A stretch of DNA of 64,000 nt. It comes from Acanthaster planci (taxonomy: Eukaryota). Positions 38,301-50,800 of the stretch are shown one piece after another; positions within the stretch are counted from its first letter, which is position 1, and the number at the start of each line of letters is the position of its first letter. The notes under the pieces are model-generated. The model was not told the origin of the DNA. It worked only from the letters and a program-made list of their open reading frames with translations, and did not search any database. The position numbers and the translations under genes are program-made. The stretch is from NCBI RefSeq assembly GCF_001949145.1, contig NW_019091362.1, forward strand, positions 2,654,204-2,718,203, read 5' to 3'.

Positions 38301-41300
38301 CAGGAAGCAGCCAAAGTGACCAGCACAAAGCCTTCCCAGATGCTTGGGCTTCCGCTTGAGGTATGCCGATCACAGTTAAATGAGGTATTACAAATAGGCA
38401 GAAAAAGAGCCAAGAGATCAAGCACAAATTGAAAGCGATATCATGTAGGGTAAGTCCCCTTGACATCTGGTGATAAAGGAAAAATGTAAATCTGACCGAG
38501 GCCATCACAGGATGTCCTTGGAGGAAGTTTGACACATCTCCTAAATTGTAAATGATAAAGACAAATATATATGAACTGTCAAGCAACCTTCTTTGATTAA
38601 CCTTCAGGGAAATCTGTCATTTTTAGAACTCAAATGGGATACAGCTGGTATTACCAACACTCCACTAACACCACATACTGTACATATAATTCCTGCGGCT
38701 GAATGACAGAATGAACGGAATGGGGGGAGGGGATAGGAGCCACGCCCTCCTCAGGGTATGACTAGCCATTACCCATGATTGCTCCTTGCAGTATCAACTG
38801 TACTTTGTGCCACAATAAGTGAAGTTCACATTGCCTGTATGTACATTTAGGGGAATTTTTTTTTTCTCTGGCCTGATAAACCGCAGATTAAACACATTCC
38901 CCCTGGCTTTCAGGGAAGCTGCTTGGGGAGCACAGACAGGGTACATTTTGATGTCGGTTTTTCCCATTTTTTGATGTGTGAGCATGGCTTAGACAGGAAC
39001 TGACTGCAGATAGCAAAGTAGTGCAGTTCACCGACTACCGGGAAACCCTCAAAGTAATTGTATTTCTTGATTTGTAGGGGGCATGTAGAAATTTTAAAAC
39101 TGTCATGTTGAGTGTGGTGACACTGCTGTTGCAATATAACATAAGCTGCTACACATGTGCATGTTTTCTGTGCAAACGATGTACAATGTACAACATATGT
39201 GGAAATGCAGTAACTGCTTTGATTACTTCAGGCTGTGGGGGTTATTTCTTCCTCGGGTGCAGAATTTTCTTCTTCAAGAGTGTTGGACATCAACAATAAT
39301 TCAAAGCTCATCTTGTAAACTGGATCCCCTTTCTCCGCCTCCGGTTTTCAAGTGGTGCTCATTCCATCACTCGGTGGGACTAAGCCTCCTCAAACAAATG
39401 TGCCCTTCAACTGCAAGAACAGCCCATCCAGAGTGTCTCATTGCGGGTATTTCTCACTGAACCCCTTCTAAAAAATGAGATCCACTGATGGGGGGGGGAG
39501 ATTTTGTTCTGTTTGTTGTTTCTGGTTGCTGGTTGTTAACTAGTCTACAGAAAGCTGGGAAGGACGTTTTTTAAATATGAAATCTATTACAAACCACACA
39601 GAAATTAGTTCAAGCATAATGATTTTTAGCTCAAAAGTTAAAAGCTGACATTCAATACAAATTTTAAGCACGCCTGGTGAGCCAGAATGTAACCAACACA
39701 CAAATACTATCCGATGGGCTGAAATTGAATTATCCATTAGGACACAATACGCATCAGTGATCTTTGCGGATGAATGGAAGGATGTCATTACGAAATAAAA
39801 GACGAAAGCAGCTACACTCACATAAAATAGATACTCAACAAAAACAACTCAAGGCCAGAAGGAGGCCACCCTGCCCATTACCATGCCATACGAGAGGTCA
39901 ATCCACGCAAACTGTGAGTGCATATGCGGGCTGGCAGTAATACAAGTGGCTTTACGAATTATATGACTAGTCAGAGGGGGTTTGAAGGAAATAATCCATG
40001 AAGTTTTTTGACATGTTTCGAGCACCCACAGATGCAAGATGGATCTTGTTTGCACCATCCCTGCTTTCTGACGATCACACAAACACACCCACACCCTCTT
40101 CGAATATCTATTAGCAATGGAAGAGTGACTGTCAGGGACATTTCCCTGGCAATTGAATCTCTAACAGATCCAGCGTGTGTAGGTTTGAATAGAATGGACA
40201 GTCAGGAATCAGGACCGATAACGCTCCGAGTTTGAGTCTACAGTTACAATTTGGTAGGACTTTGTTCAGAGCAAACTGAGCTTTGTTGTTGTCATTGTTG
40301 CTGTTGTTGTTGTTGTTCTTTGTTTTGTTTGTTTTTCACTGTGCCACTCAATTTGTCATCCTGAAGGGAAAACAGGCAATATCAGCATGAAACAATATTG
40401 AGGGTTGCCATTGATTTTGGTTGTGCAGAAGTGGCCTTGGTCATTTCTGGCTCAGTTTGTTAGGGTGGGGCACCAAATCATGAGCAGCAATAAATGAGTG
40501 AATGTTCGAGGATAACTGAACAAATGGCAAATGAATACATGGCACTGAAAAAAAAATGAGGAAAAGGGGGAAAATAAGGAAGACACTAAAAAGGAAATGA
40601 AAATTAATAAAGGGGTAGGATTTCAAGAGTTACTCCTCAATTTAATTGAAAATTGAATAGCAACCGAAAAGAAAATTTACCGACTGGCAAAGAAACAAAG
40701 AAGCATGAATGATATCCAATCAGGATGCTTCAATATTGCTAACCAGGAGGAGTACTGCTGAGAAGGGGTTGGAAAAGTGTAACCAATCTGTTTGCAAAAG
40801 TTTCCTTGCTCTGCGATTTTTATTGCCAAAACAAGTACAACTGTTGGCCAAAGAAGCCACCATGAATACTGCCCCCTGCTGTCACCTGTTTTCAAGTACC
40901 AGTCACTTTGAACAATGCCCAAGCTCTTGGGTGAGATTCAGCCTCCTCTACCTGCTCGTCCATTCCCACTCAAACTTTGCATTCTGGCACATCGTCAGTT
41001 TCTACACTGGCAATCTTCTGGTCACACCCATGTTGCTAACTCATCGTTCTAAATCTAAATAAGCTGGCCAATGTCACAAAAGCTTTTACGAGGATTTACT
41101 AAAACTCAAAACTAAACAGGGAAACAAAGCAAACAAACACCCCTAGGAAAATACGCTCAAATGTTGATGCTGTATTAATCATGCACTTTACCACCCAATA
41201 ACAACAACCTTCTTGAGAGTCCATAGCAATACCATCACACCTCATTACGCTATCACACCCTGGCTGATACACCACCTCTCCTAATTCCATTTCCCACATG

Positions 41301-42056
41301 AATACTGCTTCAGCATCCCCACTCAATCAGGGCTGGATTGAAGGCCTGTGCTGTGTTGGAGGGGGGGGGATTGGCTAGGGTTGAGACAAAAGGGACCGGA
41401 AATTACTTTGGTCACGTTCCCATCTCGCCAAGGCAACTCAGTGGTGGGACTACTGCCATGACGATGGTCACTTTGTATCTCATTCTGTAATTGTCAATTG
41501 TATAGTAAATTAGTGAGCTGTTCATACATTAAAACAGATGCTGTGTGCGCCTATTGGAGCTGGGAGGTAATAGGCTGTACAAAGTAGGCAAAAGTGCATT
41601 AGGTGCTCAACAGTAATGTCATCGTGTCAACAATGCTTGTGCATAAACCGTTACAGACAGAGTGCCTGTGCTTCCTTGGGCCTGCACATATTCTCTTCAG
41701 CTTGGAAAAACAAACTGAGAATATGCTGAGGAGAACAGTTACAATTTATTTCAGAAACTCATGTAGACAAAGGCTTGTATTTGACTCCATTGCCAAGTTC
41801 CAGCGACTGAGTTCGAGTTAATGTTTGAGTCCACGTCAAAAGTATCTCAGCACACAAGTGCAGATGTGATTGACAACTGCACATAAGAGCAGGAAATTTA
41901 CAAAGAGCATCAACTCAACTGAAGCATCTATCAGTTCTGGCAAGTTTATGAATGCAATGAGTCTTATTATTATGGTTAAGAGCTTGCAAGTGAATTATTC
42001 AAATCACTTTCTTAAAATAGAAATTACTTTTGCCACCTCACAGAGTTTAATGGCTT

Positions 42057-42365
42057 CGGGTCATTCCAGAAATTAAGGGGTNNNNNNNNNNNNNNNNNNN
42101 NNNNNNNNNNNNNNNNNNNNNNNNNNNNNNNNNNNNNNNNNNNNNNNNNNNNNNNNNNNNNNNNNNNNNNNNNNNNNNNNNNNNNNNNNNNNNNNNNNNN
42201 NNNNNNNNNNNNNNNNNNNNNNNNNNNNNNNNNNNNNNNNNNNNGTAATTTGCATTAATTCATCACTCTTGGAGATTAGAAAATGTGTTCTAAACTTACA
42301 AAATCGTATGTCAGACGTGACAGGGGCACACAAAAAAATGGACCCCTAATTTCTGTAATTACCCG
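42057..42365. mobile_element. TIR element spanning the second assembly gap
   Basis: cgggtcattccagaaattaaggggt left of the gap; acccctaatttctgtaattacccg right of the gap. Confidence 0.7.
42082..42244. other. Assembly gap (N run)
   Basis: Run of N. Confidence 1.
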
Positions 42366-45300
42366 TTTGTGAAATATGGTGCAACATTGCTGCTGTGCTA
42401 ACCACTCAAGACTTTAACCGACATGATATTATTATTGTATGAGTACCATTCAGCACACACAGATGTAGATTCTCTGGAGATCAGAGTGAATTACGGGAAA
42501 AGCATCAACTGTCTGAAGGCAGAGCACATAATGATGCTGCCAGACTTCATGATACTGGTACATTGCTTTGGACCTTTGAATCACACTCGCTGGTCGACTG
42601 TTACTTCATAATGCAGCGCAGGAGGATCACGAGCTTGAGTCCTAATCACATCCATTTACATGTAAGCTTGGAGTTGGAAGGTTTGCTAACAAACCATAAG
42701 AAAGCACTGTGCAGAAAGCAATCCATGCAATAAATTTGAATACAAACGGCAAGGCCAATGACAAGGATTAAATCACAAACATATTTTAAGTTCCTCTGTC
42801 AGTCCAGAGGAGGAGGTTTGTCCTTGAGCTCCTGACTTATGGAACATGGTACACTCATTGAAGGACATGGTACACTGCACTGGCAAGCACATCTGGGAAT
42901 CCAGAGCTAATTTGTGGTTATTCCTATTAGTAGGGGTACATATACACGTACATCAGGTGGTTTGAAGAGAGTGGGGGCATGGAGTTTAGGTGAGGGTAAT
43001 TCTATATCCTTGAGTCCATGGAGTAAAGGACCTTGCAATCTGGTCAATGGTTTTAACAGGGGTAGTGAACTGGTCAGGATCAATGAAGAGAAAGCACAAA
43101 TGCATGTACTTGTGCCAGGATAGGTCAAGCGGTTCTTCAGATGGGATCCCCTATTTCTGACCTGAGAGGATGCGGGGCAAACTAAGATTTGCCCTGTAGG
43201 CCCTTAAGTTAAAAACCTGTCCCTAAACTTCACTTTGATTTCTTGAACACTGCATAGAAACTGCACCAGACCTCATGCAAAATGTACAAATTACAGAGAT
43301 GTCTGTCAAGTTCCCAGGAGAGAAGTTCTTACAGTGTCGGTGAAGGCTTTGTGCCCCAAATCTCTCACTACTGGACTCTGGGTATCCTGTCAGGTCAGTT
43401 TCATTATTTCTCCATGGTTTCACCTTACTCTCTGCTTTAGTCTATGGGTTCTATGGTTTCACTGATTAGCCTCTACCCACGCTTATAAACTACACACTCT
43501 CCTGAGGATTCATCCAATTGCACTTGACAAGGACACAGGATCTTGTACACTTAATTAATCACTGGCATCTATATAAAACAATTTGCCACCCACATCTCAT
43601 CTCGGGGCCAGTGTTTGCTGGCTTTGAGTTTCAAAAATGCAGCCCGGTTAAGACAGGATGGAGTGAAACATCCCCCTGGGGGGACAGAGTAAATTGGAGC
43701 GCAGAGTAAGGAAATGATTGGAGACACCACAGTCAAGATGAGCCTGATCAACTCCAGCCTGTACAGCAAAGATAACTGCATGCACTGTTACTGCAGGGGG
43801 TTGGAACTATGCCAACATTAAACCTACCAGGCTTGCACCAAATTATGAGGTTATAATATGCCTGTTTACTGGGTACACACAGTCACTTTAATAACTACCA
43901 AACACTCTGCTTACAAGCTTTACATAAATACTGGAACACTCATGCCTGAGTGGTGAAATGACTTAACTGATCAACTGTTGAAAAGCTAATGTCAATAGGG
44001 TTCTGTGAAGATGAATTAATCTGAACAGCATAGATTTTAACTGTACTTGAAAAAGTACCGGTACATACATGTACAAATTTTGCGAAGATTTTCCTTTTAG
44101 GATACAAACAACTGTACATTCATTCCCATTGTCTATGCGACTGGCCACAAAACACTTGTTTTAAAAATCATTTTTACCCCCATCTCTCAATAGTAATCTC
44201 ATTACATGTAGTGCAATAATTTGTATTTAGGTACATGTACAGTACATGGTCTTACAACACATTAATACATGTACTGTAAGTACGTATAATTTGAGATCTG
44301 TTATTTGGTTAAGTTTCATTAAAATGAGGATGTGGAAGGAGGTCCCTAAAAAGCAGAGCTTGTCAAGTAGGGATACCCCCTTAATATACCGGTAAATAAA
44401 TACACAGATTAAGAAAAATGTAAGAAAAGGAAAATTAGAATCATACATAAAACACATAACAGGCGTGACACAAAGTAAAGGATTTACAATACAAACTAAC
44501 AAGATTGGAAAAGACAAAATGTACAGTACACGCAGCAGTCCATTAGGAAGTTAATCTGAGCTGAGATACATGTATTTAGATGGGAGGTAAGTTTTCAATT
44601 TTGATTGAAAAAGTGGAAGACTACGAATGCCAATGAGTGACTTATTAAAGGAATTCTGAAACTTAAGGCCTTCATGACAAATTGTCTTTTGAAAAGTTGT
44701 TGCTCTTGCATATGAAATGTGAAATGTTTTACAATGTTGGGTAACAAAAGGGTGAATAGCATCATTCCTACAAAAGATTTGTTTTATAGAGTTTGGAGGT
44801 GGATTGTTATTTTACCGATACATGCAGGCCCCAAACTGAAGAGACTAAACGTCACTAACCTTGAGAGTTTTATGTTTATAAACAAGAAGATTTGAATATT
44901 CTGTTGACCATTCAGAAGGAAATTCAACATGTCACACATGTACATACAGTGTAAGTACGGCAAACGGTCCACAAACTAGAAACACCAGCTCTGGTAGAAC
45001 TGAAAGACCTGTCTGGATTGGCTCAGTGCCTGAGAATATTTCTTGGTTGCAAGTTAACCTTTGCATTTTGGGTAAAGTTGTAGGCCTACACCACACATTA
45101 TTCCTTGTGTTGATAGACAGACACACAGGACTCCCCGTACATTTCAATTTGCACTAACTCTGGATGCTGTTTCTGAACCTGGATGGAACCTTAATGACTG
45201 AAACCATACCTTCCCAATCACATTAGTAATGACTCTTGAGACATTATCATCCATCACTTGCTGACACGACTATGTAGTGAATTCACGCATGCATCATCTT

Positions 45301-45845
45301 GGCTAAGTATTTTCAACAAGAAGCAGCAGATCATAACTTGTCCCAGATGTCCACTGGACCAGCGTGCTATTGGGCATTAGATGATCTCTGTCCCCGTCTT
45401 GCATTATTCAAAGTCACAGAAACCCACTGGGATAGATCAATGATGATTAGCATTTTAAAGAGTGATTGTTTTTAATGGCTTGGCAGGAATAGTGATTGCT
45501 TCTTTACCTGCATGTACAAGTTTATGTATATCAATGAACTATTTGAAATTTAATGCCTAGGTAAAGTGCACGTTTTAACTTGTCTGAAAACTTAACAGTG
45601 ATGTCAATAATACAAGCTGCCCTCTTTTTGCAATTGGTGGCCCCATTCCATGTAAGCAAACCATGTGGATAGATATGTCAATTCCTGCCAAAAACAACCC
45701 TTAAAGATGAATATAAAACACAACTGATTGTTCTCTAACACATGACAAAGGGTCACAACTAATGGAAAACAAGTCAAACAGTGCCTTAGATAGTATCCCT
45801 TTATCATTTAGCATATTTTTGTAACATACAATTTCAGTCTACAGT

Positions 45846-46221
45846 TCGTCGTGTACCCGGCAAAAGGTCGTATGCACGCTTATGACCTTTTGCCAGGAAG
45901 GATGATCACGGCAGAAAAAATGTTCCCGTCAAAAGGGCGTAAGAAACACACTATCTTTATTTAGTAAGAATGGATAACATTTACTACAAAATCAACACGA
46001 AAAGCATCATTTGAACAACTTATCAAACAACTTGGAAAATTTTTTTGTAACTATTTGCAAAGAAATTTTTTTTGTAACTATTTGCAAAGAAATCATTATA
46101 TTTCATTAAAATAAAACAGTTGCATACATACGTCCTTTGGCAGGAAAAAATTTATTTGCAGCGATTATCCTTCCCAGCAAAAGGTCATAAGCGCTTACGA
46201 CCTTCTTCCAGGCATCGACGA
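45846..46221. mobile_element. Foldback-type MITE with imperfect TIRs of about 90-100 bp
   Basis: tcgtcgtgtacccggcaaaaggtcgtatgcacgcttatgaccttttgccaggaaggatgatc versus the right-end reverse complement tcgtcgatgcctggaagaaggtcgtaagcgcttatgaccttttgctgggaaggataatc; AT-rich core with a short tandem duplication (about 46037-46090). Confidence 0.85.
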
Positions 46222-47284
46222 GTTTTAGGATTAAAAATCGCAGTACGCACACACACCCTTTCTGGTCAATTTAAGCTTCTATGATAAAACTGGCAAAGCT
46301 GAACAGTCCAACCCACTGAAAAAAAAGCCCTGAGGTTAAACACTCTACCAAACTTTCAGAGTAAAAAAAAAAAAAAAATGCAGAGTGGTTCCCAAGAAAA
46401 AAAGAGAGTACTTGACCTCACCAAGTTTAAAAAAAAAACCCACCTACACCTACACAGCCGACCAGTACCAACCCACAGCACGATTCAATAATACAAAATC
46501 TGTGTTTGTCCAACCCATTCACAGGTGTAAAAACTTGCCAGCCTCTTTATAATAGGGAAACCCTTATTGTGGGTCTGGTGGATATTACACCCAACCTGTC
46601 AAATGGAGCAGCCTTTTAATAGCACTGTTTGTATTATGGCTTTATGGGTTCTCTCCTGGTCTGGGGCCTGAAGGGAGATCAAGTTCCTCTACGTCATTTC
46701 CCCATAAGTCAAATAAAAAATCTGAAGAAAAAAAAATCTGCTTTATAATGAAGGTGTTTGGTTATTCTGTTACACATTACTAATTGACCATGAGTAATAT
46801 TACAACAAACATCAAACAGTCCGACACCATCTCTGCTTGGACACTGCAAGCTATGCGGGTATTACCGGTATTTGCAGGAACGCGAGGCAATATGGATTAA
46901 CTTAGACACAAATTATACATGCATATGAATATATGTACATGTGGTTCAACACATATTGCTTCATATAAAAGCACAACAACTAAGATGAGAGCTTTTTTTT
47001 TAATCCCCGATGGACTGAGCCACACTGGTTCACTCCATCTGCAAATTGTGATCACCTGTCAAGGATGTAGTATTTTCAAGTGATTAAATATTAAAACAAA
47101 TGAAAGGTTCCATGCACCAATTGACTCTTAACATGCCACAGGCTTGCAGTTAAACTGTATGTCTTAAACATGTACACAAATTTTTTCTTTCTTTCTTTGT
47201 GTGTGTTTCCGCTGAAACCACATTAGAGTGAGCAATGCTTTACAGTTTGAAATAGTCCCAAATTCCTATTACCTGCAGTTTTGA

Positions 47285-47861
47285 CCACTCCCTGCCCGGT
47301 GGATTTTTCTTGAGCAGGATGAGATGACGGGACCTTTTCAAGATTTTCCATTTTCAAATTCTTCAAAAATTCATGTGTTCATTTACTGGACGTTTACACC
47401 AACACGAACGACTGTCTGGTGGCTACTCTATTCTGACAGGCAACCTTCAATGATGCCTGAGTATTTAGCCCGGGCCTGCAGCCCTGTAAAAGAGAGCCCA
47501 GAATTGTAAGGTGTTGCATAATTTCCTTTGTTCCAGTGAATGCCAGTAGCGTCTTTTCATACGCAGCTGGATTAGCGAGCAGCGGCGCTGTGTCGCTCAT
47601 CAATGGGGCCCTGAAGCACTTTTGTCTACAGTGCTAAACCACGGGCGTGCTATGCCCAAAACAGTGGTATACTGTTTCAAAACAGTGCTGATTACCTTTG
47701 AAAAATGGAAGTCGAAAAATGATGGCAATTCCCAGCAGCAGGTCCTTTGTTCCGAGTAAAGTCTTTTATTACACAGGCCAGCTCTTTTGTCAGAAACCGG
47801 GCACCCCGGCTCTGCATATAAATCCATGGTGCCCGAAACCGGGCTCCCCAGCAGGAAGTGG
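47285..47861 (-). mobile_element. Second copy of the piggyBac-like element (inverted relative to 8380-8960)
   Basis: ttga-ccactccctgcccgg ... ccccagcaggaagtgg-TTAA; internal sequence aligns to 8380-8960 (e.g. gacctgctgctgggaatt, caaaggaaattatgcaacacct). Confidence 0.8.
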
Positions 47862-50800
47862 TTAAGACTACATGCACCTGTTTAACTGACCAATGTTAAT
47901 GAAGTACATCCAGTTTAATGTTCCATCCGTCAATACTAGATGATGAAAGCATGTGACCATTTTCTTCCAACAAAAAAACGTGGTCCCTACATTTGGCTTT
48001 CATGGTCTCGTGGCTATTCTGGGGATTCTAATTCACCTTGAGGTATCTATGGACATGTATGCACACATCCAGCCTCCTGTTTACCCAAGAGAAAAGGAGT
48101 CAAAATACCACTACAATCAAACAAGGATACAGAGTATACTTTACAACTGAGAAATGAAGCATTGAATCGCGGAAATGCAACAGTTGATTTTTTTTTTTGT
48201 TCAGTAGTTTTTCTTTCTTTTTCTTGAAATATGATGCAATTTGAAGGTGGAAACTGAATCTAACATACACGCAACTTACATGTGGGTACAATGACCATGA
48301 AAATGACACACAATAACATGAAACTCAAGACTCAGTGTACGTGTACATGTCCATGTAGCTATGCATACCTCCGTGGCAAGGATAGTGGTGTGAGGCAGTG
48401 ACTTCTTCCCACAACAGAGACGGACATTACCTTCACTACTTCTCTACCCATTCCACTTTCAGATCCAGGTACATTTGTACGTGTATCACAGGGACTTATT
48501 GTATTGTACACGAACCAGCCTTATTTCAGAGAATATACTGTAACTGCTGCTTAAGAGGCTACTGGTGAGCCCACTGCAAAGTTGTTTTGGGAGTAGCTCA
48601 GATTTCCTGTGAAAATGGAAAGTGGCACTATAAAGCTCTCAAGATCCTAGGAGAGCCTGTCAATTTTGTCAATGTGCAGTGACCTAAATCACAAATATGG
48701 TTCACTGTGGATTAACCACCAGCTGAAGAGATTCGCATCTCGCATACAAAGCAAAAACATTCTTACCACACAGTTTGTGTTAAATTGCAGGCTTCTGATA
48801 CACATGTAATAACTTCTCTTGAAGATTTAGTCCATTTAGATTTGGCAGAAGATCCAGACAAATCTGCATATGCCTGTCAAAATGCATCTGTATTTATTGA
48901 TTATTATTATTTATCTATTCATTTATAAAGCCCAAATTGCACATAGACATGTTCAAATGTGTTTTACAATGAAGACAATGAGTGTGGAGGGTTTTAGACA
49001 GACAAGTTCAAAGGATTGGAAAGATGACTTACGAATTTCCCATCTGTAAAAAAGAAACCGCTCCATTTTCCATGGAAAGAAATATTCTTGAAATGTATAT
49101 GCTGGTTATACCTGCAACTTGTCAATACACTTGACAAGATGGAGGCGCGAATACTCTTGCTGGACAACAGTTTGCTCACAGGGTTAAAAGTCAAGTGCTC
49201 AAGGGTGCAAGAAATCCAAGCCCATTCCATCCTGATGTACTTGCTCCTGGCAAGGTTAGCCAGATTATATTCAGTTTTCTTTTCCATTCCAGTCAGAGTG
49301 GCTAAACTGCCAGGGGTGGTACGATCACGATCACGGTTAACAACACCGAGTTCTTTTCTTTTCGCCTTAGTTTGTGTACGGGGACAAGTTTCTAATGCAG
49401 TCTAGAACAAGGTCATTTGTAGGCCTACATTTTTTATTTTGTACAGCCACTGTCATTGACTGATTTACGGTTACACATTTCTTAGTTTTGAATCTAGACA
49501 ACACTCTTTTTAAAAATCTTCACAGTTCCAACTTTCGTACACTTCAAGAGACAGGTCCTTAGTGCCCTTAAGCTTACTTATTGTGCAATTGCTCCAATGG
49601 CAACAGGGAATATTCACACTTTTCATGCCCCCCAAAAATCTGAAGGTCATTTCTGGTGTGACAGGAGGTTGAGTGGTGATATGCAGGTGGCTCCGGTTCT
49701 CAAATGTTTAACCCCAACCAGAACCCACAAGATTTATTTTTGACCCAATCTGAACCACTCAGCCCTAGCAAAGACCACACGATTTACGGGGGTTGGGTGT
49801 GTGTTTTATTTCTCCATGGTGGGTGGTAGCATGGGGACAGTGACTTCAGGACAAGGAGTAATTGTGTGAAATGAGTATGGCAGAATTCATATAGAAGTGA
49901 TACAAAAAAAAATTCACTCCAGATTTTTCAGCTTTCTTAAACAAATTTAAAAGACACCCTGAAATCAAGTCATCCATAAAAAGGGACACCTAGAAGAACT
50001 TCTTCCCATTTCCTTACCCCTTAAAGAAACTTGACTTGATTAACCCTGAAAAGAAATCCAAACCGTAATACCGGTAATTTGATAAAGTAAGAACTTAAGA
50101 ACGTATCATCTCATCTGTGTACATCTTGACTTGAGTGCACCTCTTAGTGAAAAGAAGAACGTAACATCATTCAAGAATACAATCACGGACCAATCACAGA
50201 AAGGTTACTCAAGAACGCCAATCAACAACTCAAGGAAAATCAAAATAAACAATCCCAAAATAAATGAACGAGCAAGCCACCAAAGTATGCTGCTCAGTCA
50301 TCTCAAGAGCTATAAACATACAGGAATGGTAACATTCCTAAGCACAGCTAACAACAACATTAGTGTCCCTCTCTTCAGCCTTATCTCCAACATGGCAACC
50401 TACTGTATACAATATGATACCATCAATCAGACTCTGTTATTTTTACGAGTTATAAAATGTCATTCGATTGTCAGCACAGTCGTACATCAATTGCATTTGG
50501 GTTACAGGTGGCAATAAAACTTGACGGGAAAGACACAGGAGAGCCGCTCAGTCCAAGAGATCGGGAATAGACGCGTTTCAAATCTATCCCTGTTTCTGAG
50601 ACGCAAGTCCAAATTTATGGGACTGCTTGTTCTTGACAAAACAGGTGTTTTAAAAAAAAGTTATTGTTCAAATCATTTTGGTAATTTCTAATTATTTACA
50701 TAAATAATTGTTCAGTTCAAGAAATTGAAATGTTTGTCTTTTTCCCACATATAATTTGAGGGAGGTGCACTTAATACTTCGCAGGTTTGGCTTAATGGAT

